Counted from the first letter of the stretch, positions 46,128-57,363 are shown. The stretch: 64,000 nt of DNA from Thermodesulfobacteriota bacterium (GCA_964291405.2 OZ219926.1:4224001-4288000); one strand, 5' to 3'. The notes: generated by a model from the letters alone, not told the origin. Translations and numbers: made by a program.

Positions 46128-48155
46128 TTACGCCCCCCCCAGCGGCCGCGGCGTGTACTTATACAAATCCTTCCAATAGTGATCCAGCACCGCATCGTCG
46201 GCGCAGTCGAGACATTCAAGCTCGGGGTCGGATACGTCCAGCAGACCCTTTTTGATTAACGTTTCCGCATACGGTCCGCGGTCGATCAGTTTGACCGGGC
46301 CGCGCTCTTCGGCCAGCCGTTTGCGGAGCTGTGCAGTGGCCGATTGATCGACCTCGTGCGTGACCGGGTCCAAGACGACTCCGTAATCTTGCTCGGCCCG
46401 CTCGGGTGAGACGAGCTTGCGCACCACATCCATACGAACGGCGTCGATGTCGCGCTCCAGAGGGTCGCCCCAGCCGCCGCCGCCCGGGGTAGTGAGGCGA
46501 ATAATGTCTCCCGCTTTGACCGGAATGGCATCCCGGCTGAAGTAGACTGCCTCTTCCTCCGGGGTGCCGGGGTTCTTGATGGACGAACTCGGCGTGCCCC
46601 ACTTGCCGCCCTTGATGCCCGTACAGGCAAAAGCAGTCCGCTCCGTGACCGTCAGATAATACCCGTCAACCAGCGTCCGTATCTCTTTCTCATAACCCAG
46701 GCCGCCGCGATATTTCCCGGCGCCGCCCGAATCGGTCGCCAGCCCCACGCGCAGGACTTCAACCGGAAAGCGCTGTTCAATGAATTCCGCCGGCAGGTTT
46801 TTGGAGTAGGGGACCAGATCCACGGCGTCGGTGCCGTCCGCGTACGGCCGCGCGCCCGAACCCGCCCCGAAAATTTCACGCATCAGAAACAGTTTGCCCT
46901 CAAAGTCATGCCCACACAGGCCGTAGATCTGAATATTCTGCATGTCGGCCACGACCTCTCCGTCAAAGGCTTTGGCCATGGCGACGGTATAGGCGCTGAT
47001 CATGCGCAGCATACAGGTCATGCGACTCACAACCGGAGCCGGAAACTTCGGGCTCAGAATGGTCCCCTGTGGAATACGACAGCGAAAGACCTGAGTCACA
47101 CCCTCGTTGATGATGATGCCGGGAATCTGCGCCTTGAAGAACGCGCCGAGCCATTTGGAGTAATGACGGCCATCGACCGGCCAGTTGATGGGTCCCCTGG
47201 CCTGGGGACTGGTGCCCGCGAAATCCAGTACCATCTTGTCCGGATACTTGCGCATGGTGATCTGGAGCTTGACCGGCTTCTCCAGGGTCAGGCCATCGTT
47301 CTCAATAAAATCTTCCCCGATAAACTCTCCATCAGGGAACAGGGGCAGGCCCTTCTCGCGCACCACCTCAGCGCAGCGGTCGAGAATTTCATAAAACGCG
47401 GCTTCTACCTCATTCCCGCCAAAACGATCGCATAATTCCGTCACCCGACGGCGGATAACCTCATTCGCACCAACAAAGGCGTCAATATCGCCTCGCAGAT
47501 CCTCAGGAAAACGGCTGTTCCGCAGCAGGACATCGTACAGTCCCTCGTTGAGCTGACCCTTTTCGTACAGCTTGACCGGCGGACAGATGGTGCCCTCCTC
47601 AAAAATACTGGTCGAGGTGCTCGGCCAGGAGCCCGCCATACGGCCGCCCACATCGTTGACATGGCCGAATATCTGCGCAAATCCAATCAACCGTTCGCCC
47701 CAAAAAATGGGAGTGACCACACAATAGTCCGGCAGATGACCGATCGTTCCGGCCGACTGATAGACATCGTTATAGATAAACACATCGCCTTCATAGATAC
47801 GCTCAGCCGGAAACTTCATCCGAATCGGGTCGGCGGTGGCGGCCCAGGACACGCGCGAGACCGATAGACAGTCGAGCGTGTTGAGCGAGGCCCGGTAGTC
47901 GTGCTGTTCGCGGATAATGGTCGAACGGGCGGTCCGCTCAACCGCGGCTTCGGCTTCCATAATGGCTGCCTCGATCCCGCCGTCCACAATATCGACCAGG
48001 ATCGGGTCCAGGTCTTTTCTCAGCGCATCGATATGGCTGACAGTATCCGGGTCCTGGGCAACCTGGCCGTACCGAAACGGGGCGTAGTCCTGAAAGGCAA
48101 CGTCCTCATTGGCTTTGTCATAATAGGTCTGCGAAAACTGTTTGTGATCGGCCAT
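46128..48155 (-). CDS. hydantoinase B/oxoprolinase family subunit
   Basis: GHLPD, HVNDVGG, DSGGAGKYRGG, TPGGGGWGDPLER. Confidence 0.93.
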   Translation of the reverse strand: MADHKQFSQTYYDKANEDVAFQDYAPFRYGQVAQDPDTVSHIDALRKDLDPILVDIVDGGIEAAIMEAEAAVERTARSTIIREQHDYRASLNTLDCLSVSRVSWAATADPIRMKFPAERIYEGDVFIYNDVYQSAGTIGHLPDYCVVTPIFWGERLIGFAQIFGHVNDVGGRMAGSWPSTSTSIFEEGTICPPVKLYEKGQLNEGLYDVLLRNSRFPEDLRGDIDAFVGANEVIRRRVTELCDRFGGNEVEAAFYEILDRCAEVVREKGLPLFPDGEFIGEDFIENDGLTLEKPVKLQITMRKYPDKMVLDFAGTSPQARGPINWPVDGRHYSKWLGAFFKAQIPGIIINEGVTQVFRCRIPQGTILSPKFPAPVVSRMTCMLRMISAYTVAMAKAFDGEVVADMQNIQIYGLCGHDFEGKLFLMREIFGAGSGARPYADGTDAVDLVPYSKNLPAEFIEQRFPVEVLRVGLATDSGGAGKYRGGLGYEKEIRTLVDGYYLTVTERTAFACTGIKGGKWGTPSSSIKNPGTPEEEAVYFSRDAIPVKAGDIIRLTTPGGGGWGDPLERDIDAVRMDVVRKLVSPERAEQDYGVVLDPVTHEVDQSATAQLRKRLAEERGPVKLIDRGPYAETLIKKGLLDVSDPELECLDCADDAVLDHYWKDLYKYTPRPLGGA

Positions 48156-48181
48156 GCTGACACTCCGTAGAATGCGTTTCG

Positions 48182-50252
48182 TTATTGCGTTCGCTCAAGC
48201 CGCAGCGTCCCCCACTGGTCCACCCGGCCGCTCCAACCCGGCTCCACAACCGTGGTGGCATCGTACTGCTGGATGATGGCCGGGCCGCTCAGCTCGTTGC
48301 CCGTTTGCAGCGCCGACCGATCGTACACCGGAGTATCCAGCGTGCTTTTGGAGAAATAGACCGCAGTCTGGCCCGTCCGGGCATGCTCCGGACTCTTACC
48401 GGCCGGTTGCGCTTGCGGCACATGGGGGCGTTTGAGTAGCCCCAGCCCGGTGACACCCACGTTGACCAGCTCGACCAGTTCCTTACCCGCATAGGAATAG
48501 CCGTAGAGGTCCTTATGGCTGGCGTGAAACCTGGTGATAGCCTGCTGAATATGGTCTTGGATGCCTGCTGTTCGACCGGGCCGAATTAATTGAGAGTGGA
48601 ATCCGAATCTCATAAGCTTGCCCGGCGTACCGCATGTCCACAAAATGATCGAGCCGGGTCTCCTGGGTGAGCAAGCCTTCATCTTCCAGACGGGCGGCCA
48701 CGCGGCGTTCGAGGTCCTGAATTTCAGCCGCGATACGGTCCACGTCCAAACGGTCCTCACGCTGGACATCCGTATGCACCAGGTCCACACGCACATCAGT
48801 CAGCAGCAGACCGTAGGCCGAAGTCACACCTGGGTTGGGCGGGATAATGACGTGCTGCATACCGAGCCAGTCGGCCAGATAACAGGCGTGGAGCGGTCCG
48901 GCTCCGCCGAACGCGACCAGGGCGTAGCTGCGCGGGTCGCGCCCGCGTTTCACGGATACCGTCCGAATACCGGCAGCAATATTTTCAACAGCTATGCGCA
49001 GAATGCCTTCTGCCGCGGCGACGGTATCGAGTTTGAGGCCCGCGGCGAGTTCGGCCACAACCTGGGTTGCCTGATCGAGATTCAGAGAAACGCTACCCCC
49101 GGCAATGGTCGGCGTGATGCGTCCCAGCACCAGATTGGCGTCCGTCACCGTCGGCTGAGTGCCGCCCCGACCGTAGCAGGCCGGCCCCGGATTCGCGCCG
49201 GCGCTGTCCGGGCCTACTTTCAGGCTCCGCCCGCCCGCCAGCCAGGCAATCGACCCGCCGCCGGCCCCGACCGTATGCAGCTCGATCATGGGCGTTTTAA
49301 GGTCATAGATGTCGACCTTTCCCTCCGTCAGCATGCGAGGCTGGCCGCCTTCGACCAGGCAAATATCGGCCGAGGTGCCACCCATATCAAAAGTAATAAT
49401 GTCCTGGCTGCCGCTCAGCGTGCCAAAATGGGTGGCGGCAATCACCCCCGCGGCCGGGCCGGAAAGGGCCGCGGCAATCGGCAAACGGGCGACCTCCTGG
49501 GCCTGGGCCAGTCCGCCGCTGGAGCGCATGATGTAAAACGGCGCGCTGATGTCCTGCTCGCGTAAGTGCTGTTCAATCCGGGTGTGATACGCGGACAGGA
49601 GGGGCATCAGGGCGGTGTTCAGACACGTCGTATTGGTCCGTTCGTACTCGCGGTATTCGCGCAGGATGTCCGACGAGATGGAGATAAAGCAGTCCGGATA
49701 TATCTCGTGAATAATGCGCCGAATTTCTTCCTCGTGCTCCGGATTACGGTAGGAGTGCAGTAAGGAAACGGCCACGGCCTGAATGCCGCGCGCTTTGAAG
49801 TCCTGCGCAATGGCCGCCACTTCATCCCGGTCCAACTCCTGGATGACCGTACCTCGGACATCCATTCGCGCGCTGATTTCACGGATGCGTTCGAGCGGCA
49901 CCACTCGCGGCGGTTTAATCCACCAGGTGATATCTCCAAATTCTCCGGGGACGGTCTGGCGGGCGCACTCCAGGGCTTCCCGGTAGCCGGCGGTAATGAT
50001 CAGGCCCAACTCTGAATACTTGCGCTCCAGGATGGCGTTGGTGGCAACGGTCGTGCCGTGAAAGACCGCGTTCACCTCATGAGCATCGATCTCCCCGTGC
50101 TGGGTGATATGCTCAAGGCCGTTCACAAAGCCCTGGGCCGGGTCGTCCGGCGTGCTGCGCACCTTTGCCAAATGCAGCGTCCCGCTGGCCTCTTCGAGCG
50201 CAACAACATCCGTAAACGTTCCCCCAATGTCTACCGCTAACCGCCAGGTCAT
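48182..50252 (-). pseudogene. hydantoinase A/oxoprolinase subunit, frameshifted near 48560-48600
   Basis: ORF 48513-50252 (DIGGTFTD, SGPAAG, DMGGTS, DMRYAGQAYE); the C-terminal part (FHASHKDLYGY..GPAIIQQYDATTVV) is in another frame. Confidence 0.8.
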
Positions 50253-50327
50253 ACTGTCTCTCCTTGAGGTTAATGTAGGGTGCTTGACCGGACCTGTCTA
50301 CAGAAAAATGGCTCTCTGTTACGTCTT

Positions 50328-51677
50328 CTACGCTGAACGCAGCGTCAAAATCGAAATCTCCGGCGGAATCCCCAGCCGCATGGGATAGCCGTAGAACCCG
50401 ACGCACCGCGTGACAAACATCTGCATATCCGCGCGACGATACAGCCCCTGGTCAGGGATGCCGAGCAGGCCGACAACACTCAGCGCCCGGTCTTTGCCCA
50501 GTTGAATACCCGCGTGCCCGCCGTGGGTATGGCCGGACAACACTAGGTCGGCACAGCGCGCCGGCAGAGTAACAAAGGCGCGCGGGTCGTGGTTGAGCAG
50601 AACACGCGGAACCGCCTGCCGTGGACCCCAGGAGTCGATGATGCGACTGTAGAGCGCATCTCGCTCAAAACGCTGAAAGAGAAAGTCCAGGCCGGCGAGT
50701 TCCAGGGGCTGTCCATCAATAGAGAGTGCCGTCACCCGATTGCGTAAGGTGGTGACGCCGGACTGGCGCAAATAGCGGACGAGGCGGTTGGGAGCGTCGA
50801 AGTCATGGTTACCCAAACAGGCCCACTGGCCGTACGGTGCCTTGATCCGAGCCAGCGCTTCGTACAGAGGGAGGTCAAAATCGCCGGTCCGATGCGTCAG
50901 AAAGTCTCCGGTATGCAGCACGATGTCGGGTCTGGCGGTATTCGTCAGCGCGGCAACGCGCAGCAGCTTGGGGCGATCCATTTCCCCACCAACATGGATG
51001 TCCGACAAATGGGCAACCCGCAACCCGTCGAGTGCCGTGGGCCAGTCGGGCAGGACGAGGTCTCGCTCCTCAACCCGAAAATCATAGGTGAGCCTGACGC
51101 TTGACAGAGAAAAGAGAAACGGTGCCCCCGCACCCAGCAGGCCAAGCTGCTGCATGAATTGACGCCGCTCGGGGGAGGGCAGGTTGTCGTGTTGGGTGTG
51201 CCGGGCCTTTTGCCTTAGGAACCATGCTTTCCCGCGCTGTACCAATTGGGTCAATCCTTGGAGAATGCCAAGGCCGACATAGCCAAACAAAAGGATGCCA
51301 TAGGCGCTATACCAGAGAGCACCGATCCAGGAGATGCCAGGCGCGTGCAGGAACGGCAGCGGACTACCGGACCGAGCAGTCAGGATTTGCAGCGCCATAA
51401 TGGCATCGAACATCATTCCAACTACGCTGAAGAGCACAAGCGACAGAGAAGAAGGTCCAAGCTGGCTAACGCAATGGGCGTGCAAACGTTGCCGGGCATA
51501 CGAGAAGGGCACGATGGCGATCGGAACCATGGCGATCAAATACACCGCCCGCCAGGTGACCCACAGCCACATGGCACCGGCTCCCAAGAGCAGAAAGAGG
51601 TTGAGACAAATATGCCAGATGCATTGCGCGCGGCGGCTGGCCAGGGTGTTGAGTCGAGCGTGGACGGACATGGACAT
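50328..51677 (-). CDS. membrane metallophosphoesterase (YkuE-like)
   Basis: SDIH, GDF, GNHD, SGHTHGG; N-terminal TM segments and an internal RRQF motif. Confidence 0.9.
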   Translation of the reverse strand: MSMSVHARLNTLASRRAQCIWHICLNLFLLLGAGAMWLWVTWRAVYLIAMVPIAIVPFSYARQRLHAHCVSQLGPSSLSLVLFSVVGMMFDAIMALQILTARSGSPLPFLHAPGISWIGALWYSAYGILLFGYVGLGILQGLTQLVQRGKAWFLRQKARHTQHDNLPSPERRQFMQQLGLLGAGAPFLFSLSSVRLTYDFRVEERDLVLPDWPTALDGLRVAHLSDIHVGGEMDRPKLLRVAALTNTARPDIVLHTGDFLTHRTGDFDLPLYEALARIKAPYGQWACLGNHDFDAPNRLVRYLRQSGVTTLRNRVTALSIDGQPLELAGLDFLFQRFERDALYSRIIDSWGPRQAVPRVLLNHDPRAFVTLPARCADLVLSGHTHGGHAGIQLGKDRALSVVGLLGIPDQGLYRRADMQMFVTRCVGFYGYPMRLGIPPEISILTLRSA

Positions 51678-51689
51678 AAGCGATTCAGC

Positions 51690-53729
51690 CTACCGGACAG
51701 GGGTCCGCCTCAAAATCAGCGTGCCAAACCGATCAACCGTGGCCTGACAGTCCGGTGGAATGAGCGTGGTGGTATCGTACTGTTCAACCACCGCCGGACC
51801 AGTGAGAGCCGCTCCCGCTCCTAAGTGGGGCCGCGCATAGACCGGACAGGTCAGAAAGCCACGCGATTCAAAAAAGAAGACCGAGCGCGTGTCTGTAGGC
51901 TGAATGGGGCCGATCTGTTCGGCAATTGTCGGGAGCGCTGGTTTTAGCTGCGTCGCAATGGCGGTTATCCGCAAGGTAGACAGACTGACATCCTTTCGGT
52001 CCTGAAACGAAAAGCCGCAGAGCTGCTCGTGCTGGTGATGAAACTGGGTGATTGCCTGGTGGAGGATGTCGCTGGTGAGCCTGCCCTGAGGAAGGTCGAT
52101 CGTGAGATGGGTTGACATATCGACATAGTGAAAATCCACTGCCCGCCTGAACTGCCTGGGTACGTCCGGCAGGTGTTGCTGGTCCAAGGCGGCCTGGGCT
52201 TGGTGTTCAAGCTCTGTAAAGAGGTGAGTCAGCCGTTGGGGATCAAGCGCGGCGGCGTCGGATGGAGCGGGAGCGGCACAATCCTCCCGGATATCGGCAC
52301 AGAACAAGCCGAAGGGAGCGGCAAACCCCGGCTGAGCTGGAACCACGACCGTTGATATGCCGAGTAGCGCTGCAAGATCGGTGGCGTGTAACGGACCGGC
52401 CCCGCCTACGGCCATCAAAGTCGCCGCCCTGGGATCGCGGCCGCGCTGTGTACACACACGACGGATGGCTCCACACATAGTGTGGTTCACCAGTTGGACG
52501 ATGTCCTGAGCGGTTTCTGTAGCGCTTTTGCGGCGCGACTGTCCGAAGGCAAAGAGCGCCTTTTCCGCGGCTTCCTTTGAAAGAGGAAGCGCCCCATCAA
52601 GCAGAGACGTGGGCAGCCGATGCAGCAGGAGATTGGCATCGGTAACCGTCACCTGTGCCCCGCCTTTGCCGTAACAGACCGGACCGGGGTCGGCGCCGGC
52701 GCTGAGCGGACCAACACGCCAGCGAGTATCCGGGTCCACCTGGGCAATGGAACCTCCGCCAGCCCCAATAGAGGTGATATCGACCATAGGGGTGCGGAGT
52801 GGATATCCGCCGATTTGTCCGTGCGTGGTGAGCACCGGCTGTCCGGCTCGGACGAGGGTGATATCGGTTGAGGTGCCACCCATGTCAAACGTGACCAGGT
52901 CGGAAAATCCACTTGCGGCTCCAACGCGGGCCATGGCGACTGCTGCCGCACTCGGCCCCGAGAAAACGGTTGCCAAAGGCCGCTGACCGACGCGCGCACC
53001 GCTGTGTAGGCCGCCGGACGACTGCATGATCAGCGGCGGCCGGTGCAGGCCACTCTCCTGCATGCTGTGTCTCACCCGATTGAGATGTTCCCCCATTAAT
53101 GACTGGAGGGCCGCGTTCAGACAGGTGGCCGCGGTGCGCTCATACTCGCGTTGTTCGGGCAGGACATCGGACGAGAGCAGCACGTCTAAAGAGGGGTCTT
53201 CCGTGAGCAGCAGCGTTCTCAGCCGTCTTTCCGGTTCAGGGTTGCGAGCGCTGTGTAAGAGCGAGACGGCAATGGTCTTCAGATTTTGGGCATGACACCA
53301 CGCCACGATTGCCCGTATCTCTTGTGCGGAAATGGGTATTTGCACATTCCCCCGGGCATCAAGACGTTCGGTCACCTCATGGATATCCTCAAGCGGCACA
53401 ACCGGCCGGGAAGGAAGGGGCGCAGAGGACTCGTCATCTCCCGCTTGTTGGGGCTGGTTCAACTCCAAAATATGGCGGAAGCCAGCGGTGATGAGCAGGC
53501 CGGTCCGCGGGAGGCGGTGCTGGAGTAAAGCGTTCGTGGCAATCGTCGTGCTGTAGAGGAGGGCGCTCGGACGCAGATGCTGCGTGTGGAGGGCGGAAAA
53601 AGCCGCTCGGAGGCTCTCGACTGGATCAGCGGCGGACGGGATTTTCCTGTGAAAGACGGGGCCGCTTTCGTCATGGACGAGGACGTCGGTGAACGTCCCC
53701 CCAATATCAATGCCAACGGTTGGAGTCAT
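51690..53729 (-). CDS. hydantoinase A/oxoprolinase family subunit (second copy)
   Basis: DIGGTFTD, REYERT, DMGGTSTD, GAGGGS, GPAVVEQYDTTT. Confidence 0.9.
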   Translation of the reverse strand: MTPTVGIDIGGTFTDVLVHDESGPVFHRKIPSAADPVESLRAAFSALHTQHLRPSALLYSTTIATNALLQHRLPRTGLLITAGFRHILELNQPQQAGDDESSAPLPSRPVVPLEDIHEVTERLDARGNVQIPISAQEIRAIVAWCHAQNLKTIAVSLLHSARNPEPERRLRTLLLTEDPSLDVLLSSDVLPEQREYERTAATCLNAALQSLMGEHLNRVRHSMQESGLHRPPLIMQSSGGLHSGARVGQRPLATVFSGPSAAAVAMARVGAASGFSDLVTFDMGGTSTDITLVRAGQPVLTTHGQIGGYPLRTPMVDITSIGAGGGSIAQVDPDTRWRVGPLSAGADPGPVCYGKGGAQVTVTDANLLLHRLPTSLLDGALPLSKEAAEKALFAFGQSRRKSATETAQDIVQLVNHTMCGAIRRVCTQRGRDPRAATLMAVGGAGPLHATDLAALLGISTVVVPAQPGFAAPFGLFCADIREDCAAPAPSDAAALDPQRLTHLFTELEHQAQAALDQQHLPDVPRQFRRAVDFHYVDMSTHLTIDLPQGRLTSDILHQAITQFHHQHEQLCGFSFQDRKDVSLSTLRITAIATQLKPALPTIAEQIGPIQPTDTRSVFFFESRGFLTCPVYARPHLGAGAALTGPAVVEQYDTTTLIPPDCQATVDRFGTLILRRTPVR

Positions 53730-53810
53730 GTGCGTACAGAGCATGCGTGCCGTGCTGTCCCTTGTGACCCCGCTATACGAGAGAGGACCCCCTGGAAAAG
53801 CATGCACGCT

Positions 53811-54941
53811 CTAATCGGCAAAGCGAGGCATAACCTTGTTGGCGAACAGGTCAAGCGAACTGAGCACCTGTTCACGTTCATGAATCCCTTGCTGGATGAG
53901 GAGAAAACACTCTTTGATAGGGAATTTCTTGCTGGCTGTTTCAATACGGCGAGAAATCGTATCCGGGTCACCAACCAATAACTCAGGATGTCCCTGGCCA
54001 AACGGGGTAAACCAGGTATCCCACATCCACATCGGGTCGGTCAGCCATTCCTGAGCCGTTGAGGTGTTTTTATGACAGATCATTGCGCCGCCCCAAGCGG
54101 CTTCGTCTCCGGGCTGAACATCATGCCCGTGTTTTAACGCCTCGTCGTGATAGCCGGACCACAGTCGCTGACAGAAATCGAGGTCCGAGGCCAGGACAAT
54201 CGGCTTGCCTCCGTAGCGTGCCCAGAAGAGCGCGGTGCGCATGCTATGGGTGAAACCGCCATAGATGGGCGGGTGCGGGTCCTGATACGGTTTGGGTGCA
54301 ATACCAATCTCGCGGATGCGCATATCCGCATCCACACCTGTTCCATATTGCGTATACACCCCTTGCTGGTGCGGATTGACAAAGTCCTCAGGCGGAATCG
54401 TCCAGTATTTGCCCTGATAGCTGAAGGTGTCTTCCCTTAAAGCGGTGAGCACCACCTCGACGAACTCACGAAAATATTCGCGGTTCATATTGTCGTCTTC
54501 CGAATTACGATTCCATTCGCCGACCGCGTTCAGGTCGGGACGGATACGAAAATTATGCACCCAACGCGCCTGATAGCCGCGCACCATGCCGACCGCCAGG
54601 CGGCCTTTGAGCATGTGGTCGAGGGTCGCAATATACTCTGCCGTGCGAACCGGATTATGCGTCGGTGCGACCCAGCCGACCATATTCACGCGGAGTTTTT
54701 TACTATGCTGGCCAATCCACATGGACAATAAGCCCGGCTCGTTGCTGGCTTCAAAGCCTTCGATTTGGAGATGATGCTCGGGATGCCCAAAGCCGGCGTA
54801 GCCCACCTCGTCCGCAAACTGGGTATACTCCGCCACTTCACTGAGCATACGCTGGTAGAGTTCGGGCCGCTTACCCGCCATACCTGCTTCGAGTTCGTGA
54901 CGGCGGCCTAAGGTGGCATAGATGAAAAGGTGAAACTTCAT
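53811..54941 (-). CDS. LLM class (luciferase-like) monooxygenase
   Basis: PEHHLQ, NPVRTAE.IATLDHML.GR, PKPYQDPHPPI. Confidence 0.9.
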   Translation of the reverse strand: MKFHLFIYATLGRRHELEAGMAGKRPELYQRMLSEVAEYTQFADEVGYAGFGHPEHHLQIEGFEASNEPGLLSMWIGQHSKKLRVNMVGWVAPTHNPVRTAEYIATLDHMLKGRLAVGMVRGYQARWVHNFRIRPDLNAVGEWNRNSEDDNMNREYFREFVEVVLTALREDTFSYQGKYWTIPPEDFVNPHQQGVYTQYGTGVDADMRIREIGIAPKPYQDPHPPIYGGFTHSMRTALFWARYGGKPIVLASDLDFCQRLWSGYHDEALKHGHDVQPGDEAAWGGAMICHKNTSTAQEWLTDPMWMWDTWFTPFGQGHPELLVGDPDTISRRIETASKKFPIKECFLLIQQGIHEREQVLSSLDLFANKVMPRFAD

Positions 54942-55073
54942 GTGGCAAACTCCCGTATGGTTGAGGCGGTACCAGGCCTGGGTCGCTATGCTATCGGGTC
55001 TGCCAAAGAATGTGAAGCTCAATACGGAGCTGGCGCGCTCCAGGAGGCCAGGGCGGCGACAGCGTGGACGCGG

Positions 55074-56882
55074 CTACGACTCGGACACGGGCGGGGGGAC
55101 GGACGGTGCTGGCGGAAAGCTCCCCGTGCTTGTGTCAGGTGCCGGGGCAGAATCTTCAGTGATGGGGAGTTCCACCCGTACCTCGGTGCCACGACCATGC
55201 TGGCTTTGTACCGAGAAACGTCCGCCACAGGAGACGGCCTGTTCGCGCATATAGAGCAGGCCGTAATGGCCGGGAAGGGACTGTTCCGGCTGAAAACCCT
55301 GCCCGTCATCTTTAATCATGAGGGACACGCCCTTCTGCTCAAAGGTCAGAGCAATCTGCACGTGGTTGGCCTTGGCGTGCCGCTGTATATTGTGGAGGGC
55401 CTCTTGGGTAATGCGAAAGAGCGTGCGGCTCGTTTGGGTCGGAAGAGGCCGATCCCCGTCATCCGCCCGCATGACTACCTCAAAGGGCTCTTGTTCCTGC
55501 AGGTCGGTCACATAGGCACGGAGTGCCTGCACCAGGCCGAAGTCTTCGAGCACCGGCGGTAACAACCCATTGGTAAACTGACGGACGAGCACGGAAATCG
55601 TATCCAGTTCGGCGGCAAGCTTGCTAAAGTGTTCCCGACCCGCTGGGGCATGTTGCAGGACGAATTCCTGAAAACCATGAAAGTCTTGGAAGATACGAAA
55701 GAGCCGTTCTTCTATCTGGTGATGCCATTCACTGACAATGCGCTGGCGTTCTTCTTCTTGCGCGTTGAGCACGGCGTGAAGGAGGCCGCGCAGCTCCCTC
55801 ACCGACCGCCGGGCCTCAGCCAGTGTGTAGGCGCGCTGCACGACAGGCAGAGCATATTGAGCAATGTCTGCGAGGACCTCGCTGTCTTGGGGGTGGAAAC
55901 CACCGCGCTGTTTTCTATCAGACAGGAGAAAACAGCCGAGTAACGAGTCACTACCAAGCTGATGGATAAGGAGATGGCGTTGCGCCAATTCTCTTTCAGA
56001 GAGCGCTTGCAGACGCGTATAAATATCCTGTGAGGTATTGAGGACCCTGAGACCAAGGTTGAGGGCCGCCCGCAGGGCGCCGCCTTTGGCAAAGGAGCGA
56101 TCCCACGTAGAAGGGGCAAGCGCCGGAAAAGACCCCGCCGTTTTGACCTTGACACACGCCTGGGTGTCCGGATCAAGAAGGACGACGCACACACCACGGC
56201 AGGGAATACGTCGCAATACCTCATCAACAAGCTGTTGGAGGAGAGGGTCAATTTCCAAGAGTGCGAGTTTCTCTTGAAGGGGCTCGATTTGATCGGCTCG
56301 CTGAGGGTCTGGAGCCGCTTTCGGAGGGCTGTCCTGCAAGAGGCGTTGTGCAGAAAAAAGGCCTACCAGACCGGCAATACCAAAAAGCAGAGCACAGCCA
56401 GAGGCGAGGTTAGAGTAGAACTCGGGGATTGAGGCAGATGCCGGCGGAACAAGGAAGAGCAGCAGCCCTGAGGCTACACTCGCAGCGAACGCCATACCGA
56501 AGCCCGCCTGCCAGCCAAAGCGGAGCGTTGCGATCAGGGTGAGTCCATACAAATAGACAGACAACGGGCTCAACAGACCACCACTGACGCCACACAGCAC
56601 AGTGACAAAGACCACGTCACTCAACCCAATGGGAAAGGGAAGCGGCGTCCCTTTATAGTGACGGTAGGCAAAATATTGACCGAAGAGACAATACAGGACG
56701 CCGCCAAGAAGACAGTATTGCGTGACGGCTTGGAAAAGAGCAGGCGGATTGAACCAGAGAACCCCCACTCCGACCCCTAATGCAAGCCAGCGCAGCCGCG
56801 CCAGAACCTTCTCGCTCGGCGTGTGATGGGCTACCGTCCCTTGTAAGGGGGGAGCCCAGAACGCACCAGATATTGTTGCCAT
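55074..56882 (-). CDS. membrane sensor histidine kinase (GAF + HisKA_3 + HATPase)
   Basis: QEEERQRI..WHH, QEALHNIQRHA, DDGQGF, GLLYMRE, GRGTEV. Confidence 0.88.
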   Translation of the reverse strand: MATISGAFWAPPLQGTVAHHTPSEKVLARLRWLALGVGVGVLWFNPPALFQAVTQYCLLGGVLYCLFGQYFAYRHYKGTPLPFPIGLSDVVFVTVLCGVSGGLLSPLSVYLYGLTLIATLRFGWQAGFGMAFAASVASGLLLFLVPPASASIPEFYSNLASGCALLFGIAGLVGLFSAQRLLQDSPPKAAPDPQRADQIEPLQEKLALLEIDPLLQQLVDEVLRRIPCRGVCVVLLDPDTQACVKVKTAGSFPALAPSTWDRSFAKGGALRAALNLGLRVLNTSQDIYTRLQALSERELAQRHLLIHQLGSDSLLGCFLLSDRKQRGGFHPQDSEVLADIAQYALPVVQRAYTLAEARRSVRELRGLLHAVLNAQEEERQRIVSEWHHQIEERLFRIFQDFHGFQEFVLQHAPAGREHFSKLAAELDTISVLVRQFTNGLLPPVLEDFGLVQALRAYVTDLQEQEPFEVVMRADDGDRPLPTQTSRTLFRITQEALHNIQRHAKANHVQIALTFEQKGVSLMIKDDGQGFQPEQSLPGHYGLLYMREQAVSCGGRFSVQSQHGRGTEVRVELPITEDSAPAPDTSTGSFPPAPSVPPPVSES

Positions 56883-57042
56883 AAGGATACATACACCATA
56901 CCCGATACCGCGTCATATTGTCCACTGTTCGCGGACAGTATGGGTCCACGTGAGCATACCAGGCGAGATATATTTGACGAATGCGGAGGAGGTCGGCTAT
57001 AGGTCGTGTCAACGTATTGCACACGACAGAAAGGAGACCGTT

Positions 57043-57363
57043 ATGCTTCTCATGTTCAAAGCGAGGATTAACAAGCCTGCCGACATGTCGAACAAAGACT
57101 TTTATACCGTCTGGCGGAAAGAGTCCGAAGCCGCTCTGGGGGCGAAGGAAGCCGGCGTTATTCAAGGGATTTGGAAGGTTGCGGGCAAACCCGAGGTGCT
57201 GGTGGTCATGGATGTGGAGTCAGGCGATATGCTTGATCAAGCGATCAATGAGCTGCCGATCTGGAAGCTTGGCTATGCGCATATTGTCTCAGACGTGGAA
57301 ATACTGCCCCTGCGTCCATACGAAAATTGGGCCGAAGATTTGAAGACCTTGTCCCAAGGTTAG
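57043..57363 (+). CDS. muconolactone delta-isomerase family protein
   Basis: About 106 aa; IWKVAG, DVES...LD..I.ELP; AAGGAG RBS. Confidence 0.7.
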   Translation: MLLMFKARINKPADMSNKDFYTVWRKESEAALGAKEAGVIQGIWKVAGKPEVLVVMDVESGDMLDQAINELPIWKLGYAHIVSDVEILPLRPYENWAEDLKTLSQG

